In this document: piece after piece, positions 30,301-39,700 of the stretch
Layout: each line of letters starts with the position of its first letter
Position numbering within the stretch: position 1 is the first letter of the stretch
Virus record (IMG/VR): IMGVR_UViG_3300026156_000001
Location: 1 to 63,261 of that record
Source of the DNA: a virus
Lineage: Duplodnaviria; Caudoviricetes
Length of the DNA: 63,261 nucleotides
Direction: 5' to 3' (one strand)
Translations under genes and position numbers: made by a program
The notes under the pieces: model-generated
Told to the model about the DNA's origin: nothing
Database searches by the model: none
Seen by the model: the letters and a program-made list of their open reading frames with translations, nothing else

Positions 30301-31446
30301 ACCAAAGAATTTGGATCAATACAAAGAATTTATTCAAGAGACACAGACCTAGTAGTATTTCAAGAAGATAAAGTATCTAAAGTACTCTATGGTAAAGACT
30401 TATTGTTAAACGCAGATGGAACATCAAATGTGTCATCTATACAATCTGTATTAGGGCAACAAGTTCCGTACACAGGCGAATATGGAATTAGCTCTAACCC
30501 TGAAAGTTTTGCGTTTAATGGCAATAACATCTACTTCACAGACGTTAAAAGAGGTTGTGTTATGAGACTAGGTTTGAACGGATTAACTGAAATATCTAAA
30601 TACGGAATGCGAAGGTATTTTATTGATAGCTCACGAGACAACTTTACTTTACCTAAATTAGGAGTATTTAACCCTTACGATGATGAGTACGTATTAAACA
30701 CAGGTGTAAAAACATTGTCTTTTAATAACCCTAATCAAGGATGGGTTTCATTCTATTCGTATCAACCTGATTACATGATAGGTATGAATAATAATCTTTA
30801 TTCTTTTTATCAAGGAGATCTGTATTTGCACGATAGTGATAACGTTAATCGTAATACTTTTTATGGTGTACAATACCCTTCTCGTATTAGTCTTATGGTG
30901 AACGATAGCCCCTCTGAAATTAAATTACTACAGTCTGTATCGTTAGAGGGTAATTATCAATGGGATACATCAATTAAGGCATATATAGATATGACTACAA
31001 ATTCTATAAATAGCTCTATATTTGAATCTGAATATTTACAAAAAGAAGGTGTTTGGTTTGCTTACGCCAGACGTAACGAAGATACACGACATTTTGATTC
31101 TAAATCTACTTATGGTATCGGTGAAATAACATCTATAACACCTACAAGTATTGTGGTTAATGGGTTTAGTAACTCTTTAACAGCAGATGACAAAATTATT
31201 CAAGGTTCTTCTGAAAACATCATAGGTACAATTCAAAACTCCTCTACTGTAATGTGGGTTACTACAATAACCATGGATACTACAGCAGGATTAAATATAG
31301 GGGATTTCATATTAGGATATAAAAACCCCAGATACGAAGGAGGTAACCTAAGAGGATATACTATGAGAATGGACTTAAACGTTACTAAAAACGATAAAGT
31401 AGAGTTATTTGCAGTAAACTCTGATATAATAAAGAGTTACCCTTAA
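27367..31446 (+). CDS. tail stabilization/nozzle protein
   Basis: 1359 aa; MNKDVDERL, LFWTDNRNPPR.IN, FAYRYKY.DGEYS, YGISSNPESFA, GWVSFYSY.P motifs. Confidence 0.78.
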   Translation: MKLKNTFIDSKMNKDVDERLVPKGQYPHAENIRVSNSDGSDAGSVENIKGNEQLTNLGLTNAKCIGAIGDNSNRKIYWFVTSDEKDLVLEYDKTKDIDPLTTLLESTNPNGVLNFSKDFLITGVNKLINDDSNDDLLFWTDNRNPPRVINIERFKGSLPDSFAEADISVIKAPPLKAPEFTFSLTLESSIDSLDDKFLAFAYRYKYLDGEYSALSSFTNYAFSPSGLDIDFDTLENRGMRNSFNALNITLNSGGKNVSEVQLCVKESNSNNVYIVEDFIKDEDNIVDNSNIVYNFINDKTLRVLPDDELLRAYDNVPRLAKAQDIIGNRLMYANYEEGFDVGKVDFSCDIVSNSIEGEELPIRLVNSDANIEIDLANLPLVKNTRLDIGITMLGKLPSNVDDQGSASNFAYTFSFILERDYTDLTDLTSSTEFFNFITGTPPLDPGVMVRVFDSIENSEPPVGTDSTARNPFTYFLSGTILTINSPSQEHTDSTIPQTIVYNWEFSESTDASFLLEASTASLKTNRNLEVGLIYLDDYGRKSTVLLSNTNTVDIPQSLSELQNKLRVTIPQGILAPEEANNYKFVVKQNKGFYDNIITTKFFIDGNFVWYKLEQSTKDKIREGDTLYVKRDVNGTLPIPIKVTVLEISNKEQNFIDGNFFDQTTGQITEGPENLPNVVEIIEPAGTYFKVKPLGFAATFSPDAFFIRKYSARRDSRGRQPVATVTGLRNDTEYFPINQGGKVTIEIFGLRKRAEGGGLFGGASDAIYTAKNTYPVSEDYQNLYDFYEKEVGFGNIESDFKNDAADIFFNAGITEVTGDNITKTLSFESPMGGGGVGSRRSVIDVTVTIENSNGLTVFETIPETNLSEIYYETSETFDIINGYHIGKEQSQTPTQDAIHTLDFYNCYAMGEGVESISFLDVFNKPNLNIDLRPSSTSVEKFRKIRRRADITYSEVYNENSNINGLNEFNLARANFKEDITKEFGSIQRIYSRDTDLVVFQEDKVSKVLYGKDLLLNADGTSNVSSIQSVLGQQVPYTGEYGISSNPESFAFNGNNIYFTDVKRGCVMRLGLNGLTEISKYGMRRYFIDSSRDNFTLPKLGVFNPYDDEYVLNTGVKTLSFNNPNQGWVSFYSYQPDYMIGMNNNLYSFYQGDLYLHDSDNVNRNTFYGVQYPSRISLMVNDSPSEIKLLQSVSLEGNYQWDTSIKAYIDMTTNSINSSIFESEYLQKEGVWFAYARRNEDTRHFDSKSTYGIGEITSITPTSIVVNGFSNSLTADDKIIQGSSENIIGTIQNSSTVMWVTTITMDTTAGLNIGDFILGYKNPRYEGGNLRGYTMRMDLNVTKNDKVELFAVNSDIIKSYP

Positions 31447-31492
31447 TTTTCTGTATATTTACATATATAATCAATTCATAAAATAATCTAAT

Positions 31493-32104
31493 ATGTTAGG
31501 AATAATTTCTGGCGGAATAAGTGCTATATCAGGTGCAGCTAAGTTCTTTGAAGGTCGTAGGATGAAAAGAAAAGAACAAGAAGCAATGTCTCAATTTGAA
31601 TGGCAAGAATTAGAAAACCCTTACGAATCTTTACAAGTTAGTACTTTAGGTGCAGATCTAGCAAGAGAAGAAATGAGTAGAACAACAGCTACAAGTGTAG
31701 ATGCTCTAAGAGAAGCAGGTACTAGAGGTCTTGTAGGAGGTTTAGGTAGGGTACAAAGAGAGAACACATTAATGAATCGTGAGATTGGTGCTGACTTAGA
31801 TATGCAACAAAGACGTATTGATGAAATGAGAGCAGGTCAAGATGTGATGAATCAGAATATGTTTGAACAAAGACAAACTACTGAACTACAAGGTTTAGGT
31901 AAGATGATGGATACTGGTATTGATATGAAGTATGGAGGTTTTGCAGATATAGCTACTGGTCTTGAATCCGCTGCAGCAGGAATAGGTGGTTTAAAAAAAG
32001 ACAATAACCCAACGATCTCAAAAAAAGGTGGTTTTTCTTATGAAAAAACTAAACCGTTACCTACAGCAGGACAGATGTACGGAGGTTTAACATGGAATAA
32101 TTAA
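31493..32104 (+). CDS. putative ejected/internal virion protein
   Basis: Gly/Ala-rich hydrophobic N-terminus and Q/M-rich coiled coil after the nozzle gene. Confidence 0.6.
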   Translation: MLGIISGGISAISGAAKFFEGRRMKRKEQEAMSQFEWQELENPYESLQVSTLGADLAREEMSRTTATSVDALREAGTRGLVGGLGRVQRENTLMNREIGADLDMQQRRIDEMRAGQDVMNQNMFEQRQTTELQGLGKMMDTGIDMKYGGFADIATGLESAAAGIGGLKKDNNPTISKKGGFSYEKTKPLPTAGQMYGGLTWNN

Positions 32105-32121
32105 TAAAGTTTAAAATAATC

Positions 32122-33738
32122 ATGGCAAAAGTAGGTACTGGTGCAGCTGGTTTACAGTTATCATATAACGACAGTAAGATGCCTCAAATCACTCAATATT
32201 GGGGTGGTAAAGGTCTTGAAGAACAAGCTAGAAAAAAAGCAGGTAAAGCAGCAAAACAAGCAGCTAAAGCTAAGAAGATAGACGAATGGAGTAAGAAATT
32301 TAAACCAGAGGATATAGCTGTTGAGTTTTCAAAATATGGAGATTATGACAACGCTATATACGGTTTTGGTGAAAAAGTAGCTAACGAATACGCTAGAGTA
32401 CACAGGTCTGCCATGTACGGTTCAGAAGAAGATAAAGCGGATGCTAGGTTGAAAATGAATAAATTAAAACGAGCTGTTAACTTAGTTAATTCTGGAACAG
32501 AGTTACTAGGTACTAAATTTGCAGAATACCAAAAGGCTGACGACGCGGGTAAAGTTTCAGGAGCTGATAGATTTGGTAGAATTTTAAAACCTATTACAGT
32601 AGATGGAAAAATAGTCATAGAACTTGATGAAAATTATGAACCTGTTGGGTTAACAGAAGACGAAGAAGGTAATAGATTTAATATGCCTTATGTGGGTCTT
32701 ATAGATGGTAGTTTTTCACCTATGGAAAGTAACGATATGCTGAAAGATACTAACGAGATATTGGATTTAGTTGGTACAAACGTAAGCGGATTAGTAAACG
32801 ATGATAAATCCATAGAGTCAAAACAATGGGGAGAAAGACAAAGAGAACAAGCTAATAGACTTATTGATATAAAATTAGATAATGACGAAATCATGTCTGA
32901 TTATTTATATCAAATTACCATGAAGACCGGAGAACCTATTGTTAAATACGGCGGTTTTACCGATGATGAACGCAAATTAGTTCGTGAAACGTTATATAAT
33001 AGTGTAAAAGGAGGATATGATAAATACTTCAAAGAAAAATCTTTACCTAAAGACGATAGAACTTATGGATTTGGTTATAGTAAGGACGGCGGTACACTGA
33101 TTTCCCCTATTTTCGATGAAGAAACAGGAATGTTATATGTAGAAACATTCGATGTTCAAACAGACACAAAGCACCAAATGAACACTGCTACAGGAAAACT
33201 AGAAGAAATACCTGTTAAGAATACAATACAAGGTTTGTCTTTAAAACTATCCCCTACTATATTAAACAAAACCAAAGATATTTTAGACTTAGAACCCAAG
33301 TCTAAAGTTTCAGATTTAATAAGAGGTAACAACGGAGATTGGTATGCTAAGATTGTTGAACAAGGAGCAGGTAGTAGAGATGTAGATGGTGCAGAAGAAG
33401 GTACAAAAAATGTTGCAGGATCATTTACAACAAGAAAACCCGTAAAAAAACTAACAGAATACAGAAAGTTAAACAAAAGTAATTTAACTGGTATATCTAT
33501 GATACTCGGTGGAGAAACATCTGTAGATTTAGAAAACTATGCTGTTAATGAATTTAGTCAATATAAGCTACCCGATGTTTATAACGCTAGTCCTCAATCT
33601 ACAGTATACGCTCCAGAAAAATATCAAGGAGATTTAACACAGAAGCAAATACAAATGGCTAGGGATGAACCTGATCGAAAAGCACAACAAAGATCAACCC
33701 CGAATATACCAGATGAATATATAAACTCTTTAGATTAA
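32122..33738 (+). CDS. putative internal virion protein
   Basis: 538 aa in the ejection-protein position. Confidence 0.55.
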   Translation: MAKVGTGAAGLQLSYNDSKMPQITQYWGGKGLEEQARKKAGKAAKQAAKAKKIDEWSKKFKPEDIAVEFSKYGDYDNAIYGFGEKVANEYARVHRSAMYGSEEDKADARLKMNKLKRAVNLVNSGTELLGTKFAEYQKADDAGKVSGADRFGRILKPITVDGKIVIELDENYEPVGLTEDEEGNRFNMPYVGLIDGSFSPMESNDMLKDTNEILDLVGTNVSGLVNDDKSIESKQWGERQREQANRLIDIKLDNDEIMSDYLYQITMKTGEPIVKYGGFTDDERKLVRETLYNSVKGGYDKYFKEKSLPKDDRTYGFGYSKDGGTLISPIFDEETGMLYVETFDVQTDTKHQMNTATGKLEEIPVKNTIQGLSLKLSPTILNKTKDILDLEPKSKVSDLIRGNNGDWYAKIVEQGAGSRDVDGAEEGTKNVAGSFTTRKPVKKLTEYRKLNKSNLTGISMILGGETSVDLENYAVNEFSQYKLPDVYNASPQSTVYAPEKYQGDLTQKQIQMARDEPDRKAQQRSTPNIPDEYINSLD

Positions 33739-33747
33739 TAATACGAC

Positions 33748-36700
33748 ATGGATGAATTTGAAAAACTATATAACGTAGTTAGTGAAACTAAATTATACAG
33801 TAAATCTTTTGATGAATTTAAAGAGAAGTACTCGAACGAAGAAAACATAAATAAACTATATAACGTAGTTAGTGAAACTAAATTATACAGTAAATCTTTT
33901 GATGAATTTAAAGATAAATACTTTAATCAACAATCATTAACACCCCCTGTGTCAAAAAAAGCACAAGCCGTACCGAGTGGGGGATCAGAATCAGTATCGG
34001 CAAATATTACTTCTTCATCGGAGTCCGTAGATCCCAACAACGCTATAAAACTACAAGAAAGAGCGACTAAAGAAATCATTCAAGAGTATGAGAAACAAGG
34101 TGTAAAAAACTATAACATTACACCAGAAGAAGTCAATGAAAGAGCGACCGTAATACAGCTCAAAGATCAAACTACACCTGTATTCGATAGAAACTCATTA
34201 AACCTACCAGACAAAGATTATCAAGGTTTGGCTGCTTATGAAGCAACACAAAAACCAGACTATGAGAAATTTACTGTAGAAAAACAGAAAAAGAATTTTG
34301 AAGAATTAGCTAATAGAGATACTTTTAAGTACAAGAAAAGTATTATAAACGAACCTATAGATTACGAAAATACGGTTTTGAACTTTACTGATCAACAGAA
34401 AGAAGATATAGGTGTTCAAAAACCAGAAACCGTTAGTAAAATATATGGAGGTGATTTAGATCAATACGGTATAGATTTTGAAGATTTTAATGGTTATATA
34501 GAAGGTGGTAATAACAGAATCAAAAAATTGTACAAAGATGGTTATTTCACAGATGACACAACAGATTTTTTCAAATCTGAATCAGATGAAAAACTAATTA
34601 GAGAGGTTGCTAAAAACAATACTTTATCAGGATATGTTAAAGATAGGGTGGATTACTTAAACGGTAAATACCTAGGGTTAATCAATACAAACAATTTAGA
34701 AGGTGCTAGAAAAGTAGAAGACGAAATTAAAAAAATTACCAAAGGTTATCAACAATATGTTAATGATAAACTACCCACTTATAAAAAAGCAATCGACGAT
34801 AAGTTAGTAAAAGAATATGACGAATACAAAAACCAAAAGACACTAGGTGGTATTAAGAAAGAGAGAGGAATTACTGACTTACACAAAAAACTAGGTGATA
34901 TTACATTCGGTAATTTCTTCGGGGGTATTGGTAAAGCAACAAGTAACATAACCTCTTTCGCTTTAGACTTAGTAGGTTCAGAAGGGGAAGCGGAATATCA
35001 AAGAATGATACAAGAAACCAACGATGAGTTAGACCATAATTCATTAACCTATGGTGTTGTATCTGGTAAAAAAGTAAATCATAAAGGTAAAAACTTAATT
35101 GTTAGTAGTAAAGGTAGAATAATAGATACTGACGAAAGTAAAGATATTACATCAATTGCTGATAAAATAGGGATTGACAGAGATACTGTTTTAGAAAAAG
35201 CAAAACAATCAGAAGAGGAAGGTACTACATATAGCCTCATGGGGTTAATTAGTATGGGTGCTTCTACACTTGGTGATTTAGCAGTTCAACTAGCTACCAC
35301 TAAAGGTTTGTTAGGAGGAGCTAATAAAGTTAGTAAACTTAAAGCGTTAGGTACATCTATGGCTGTTCAGTCAGGTATGGTTACGTCATCTGTTTATGAA
35401 GACACATTATCACAACTTAGAAAAGCCAATATAAACGACGAAAAAGCTATAGGGGAAGCACTAGATTTGTCTTTTAATGCTGGGTTATTAACAGCAGGAT
35501 TATCTATTATATCCCCTGATACGAAAGCGTTAGGCGTGTCTTTAAAAGGTGTCGATAAAAAATTCTCAAAAGAATTAGCAGAATCCTATGTTAAGTTTGG
35601 TAAAGAAGGGTTTAAAAGAACGTTTGCTAAAAAAGCAGCAGAGAAAGGTATAGACTTGACATCAGAAGGTGGTAAGCAAGTATTAGAAGAATTAGGAGAA
35701 AATATAGGACAAAAAAAACTAAACGAAGGTGTCAATGAAGAAGTCGGAAAAGACGTATTAGACACCAAAATTACAAAAGGGGAAATCATCGAAACAGGAT
35801 TACTTTCTTTTTCTACTATTGGTTTAGTAACAGCTTTGAATAGTAAGTCTCCAAGCATCAATAAAGATAGGTTCGGAATGCTTGAATACTTTGCACAAGA
35901 TGTAGAGACTTCTAAAGAATTTATCAATAACTTCAAAGAAGAAGGTGCTATATCTGAAAGTAGTGCAAACGATATTATTAAAGATATCGAAACCTACGCT
36001 AAGTATTCAAACAAAATACCAGAGGATACACCTATAGAGAAACTAGACCCTTTACTAAAGGCTGTAGATAAACGTAACGAACTAGAGCTAAAGAAGAAAA
36101 ATCAAGATAAGGCTTTTCATAAAGAAATTAATGAAGAGATTGAAAAAGTAGATGAGGAAATAGCTGAAATAAGAAGTAGTAAAGTAGATGAAGAAATTAC
36201 TAAAGATCAAGAAACAGATGTAGATAATAAAACAGAAGATGTTTTATCGGATCAGGAGTACGAAAAAATGTTGGATGATTATAATACTGCAGTTGAGATT
36301 GGCGCTATTGACGAAAGTGCCATTACTGAATTGGAGTTAGCCGACCGCCGTAACGCAGAAGAGGGAGAACTTTTACAGGAAGAGTTAGAACTTTTAGACT
36401 CTACTGAAAAACAAACAGGAGATAAGTACGCGTTTATCCACAAAAACTTGAGAGGAATCAGATCTCAAGATTATGGAGGTATTGCTGGAGATAATAACCT
36501 AAGGAAAGATAATAAAAGTTTCAATATTTTATACGCCAATAAAAAAGCAATACCTTTGGATGGACAAGCACAGGTAATGTCCCAAAAATTTGGTGATGAG
36601 ATAACACCACAAGATATAATTGATTACGTGGAAGACAGGGAAAGAAACCCAGAAAAATATAAAACATCTAAAGACAAAAGAAAAAAATTAGAAAAAGCCA

Positions 36701-39700
36701 TTGAGATAAATTTTGATTTAGAATCTTCTACAGACGCATACAAAAGATATATGAATTTAGATGATTCTAAAGAATCTTTTGAAGCACTTGATAAATTAGA
36801 AGATAAGGTTTTAACAAATGAGCAAATCAGTATAATAAAAAAATATTTAAAACAAAAAGGAGATGTTAAAAAACAACTTAAAACCAACAAAACAACAAGT
36901 AGAGGTGTACAACAACTTGATGAGACTACTCAAAGAAGCGAGAGAAGAAATGAAGGAAAAGAAGAAAACAAAGGAGTAGAGAAAGTAGCTGGAACATCGG
37001 GTACTAAGACAAAAAATATAAAAGGTTTATATGATGTAAACCGAAAGATATTTAATCTAAATAGAGTTCAAGCATTAGCATCATCCGTTATTCAAGATAG
37101 AATGATTGGACAGATGGCTAAACGCGCAGGTATTTCTAAAGAAAAAATGTATGATAAGATTGAGTTTAAGAAAGGGGATAAAAACACTTTAAAAGATTTA
37201 CCAAAAGGTATTAAGTTTCAAATAGACGCTTTTCATGGAAGTCCTTATCAGTTTGATAAGTTCCAATTATCTAAAATAGGCACAGGAGAAGGTTTACAAG
37301 CATTTGGGTGGGGTTTGTACTTTACTGATTTAGAATCCATTGCAAGACATTATGCAAATGTTTTGTCAGAATACTCATTTTATATAAACGGTAAAAACGT
37401 AGATAATGTTAAGAAAGAATATCCATCTATTTATGTTGTTGGATTTGATTTACTTGGAGCAAAATCAAAACAAGATGCAATAAATGCAGTCAAAAACAGC
37501 AAGATAGCATCTAATAAACAAAAATCAAAAGCTATTGAATTATTAAACTCATTAGAGAGTTTTAGTTCCAAAAAAGATAGTCGGTTTTTATATGAAGTAA
37601 CCCTTTTTAAAGGTAAAACACCTGACCAATACACTTGGTTGGAGTGGGATAAGGAGTTAACAAAAGAACAAAAGCAAAAAATAGCAGAGCAAGCAATTAA
37701 AGAAGGTCTTACCAAAGTTGCTTACACAAATGAAAGTGGAGTGAATGTTTTAAACACTTCAAATAACATAACTGGTGAAACTTATTACAAAGAATTACAA
37801 AAATCTTTTTTACTTGGAAGCGACAAAGAAGTATCTTTATTTCTTTTAAGAGCAGGCATCGATGGCATAAAATACCCTGCCGAAAGCATATCAAGAGGAG
37901 CGACAAGTGATACGGCAAGAGGATTCAACTATGTTGTATTTGATGAAAATGCTGTAAGTATAGAAGAGGTAATCAAGTTTCAAAAGGATGCCGAAAAAAC
38001 TAGAGGTGCTGCTATGGTTAACATGGATGGAACAGCTATCATCTACGCTTTAACAGACCCTAACGTATCTACGCCACTTCACGAAATGGCACACGTTTAC
38101 GAGCATTATTTAAACGAATCAGAAAAAACAGCTATTAAACAATGGGCTAAAACTAAAGAGTGGACTACGGAAACATCAGAGAAATTCGCTAGAGGTTTTG
38201 AAAAATATTTAGCAGATGGTAAAGCACCTACTTCTGATTTAAGAAAAATGTTTGAGAGATTTAAAAAATGGTTAACTGATATTTATAATGGTATTAAAGA
38301 TAGTGAAATAGATCTTAAACTTAATGATGAAATGAAGACCATATACGATAAGATGTTAGGAGGAGATCAAGTAGAAAAACAGTCAGGATTAATAGAAAAA
38401 CAGTCAGGATTAACTAAAACAAAAAAACCAACTAAAAAAACAAAAACTTCTATTGATGAATCGAAAATAGAAGATGTAGATTTTGAAGAAGTCGATGGTA
38501 AAAAAGAAAAACCAAAAGATAAAGTAAGACCCGAAAAAGTTATTCATGAAGAGTATGTAGATAACGACGGTAACGAGTTAATTGCTACCACGACTAAAGA
38601 CGGAACTAAAACTTTCTACTACAAACAAAAAGGTAAATCATTTAGTTTTGGTACAGGTAAAAAGAAAACAGCTACACAACAAGAATTAGTCGATAACGGT
38701 ATTCTTTCAACTTCTACAACCCCTATTAAGTCTTACACTAGTTTGGATGCAGGTAAAGGTAAATCTTTTGAAAACGATTTAAAACAATTACTACAAGATA
38801 GAATTAAAGAGATCAAAACTCAAATAAAAGAAGAGAAGAAAGAATCGAAGAGATCTGTACTAATAGAAGAATTAAACAACAAAAAGAAACAGTTATCATC
38901 TTTAAACAAGGACACGACTAGAACAAACATGAGTCAAGAGTTAGATGAACAACTAGACGAGGTTATTGAAGAAATTAGTAAAAAAGAATCTGAAAAAGAA
39001 ACAAAACTCACTCAATTACAAAAACTTAATAAGTTTATATCTGGGGGTAGAAAAAGGGTATTTGGTTTTGTTAATAAAACCACATTACCTATAGTTTCTG
39101 AAATAGAGTTAATAGGTTCTAAGTTGTCTGAATTACAGATGATTTCAAAAGAGAATGCTAAAAAGTATAAGACCACATATAAAAAAGCATTAGAAAATTA
39201 CATTTTCAAAAGTAAATTAGACAAAGAAACAGCTAAGGTTAATCTAACAGGGATGGTTAAAGACCTAATGACACCTGTTGATAGGAATACAAATTCTAAA
39301 GATGCGTATGACCAACTTAGTAAAGTATCTAAAGATTTAGCCGATACAGTAATCGGACTAAGATCACACATCGATTCCTTCTCTAAAATAGTTACCGAAG
39401 ACCCTGCTTTTGAAAGAATGTCAGAAGAATCTAAACAAAACATATTAGACAATTTAGGGGATTATGTACATCAGACATATCTGTATTTTAAAGAAAAAGA
39501 TTACAACCCCTCAGAAGGTTTAATCAACGAAGCAATACGAGAAGAAGCTAAACAAATAATGATCGATGAAGGTATCGGTTATAAAAAAGCAATAGACAAA
39601 GCTACTAAAACAGTAAACGATTTACTAGAGAAATGGGACGATATTAGAAATCCTAAAAATACTTATTCTAGTATCAACACCTCTACAAACACTTTGTCCA

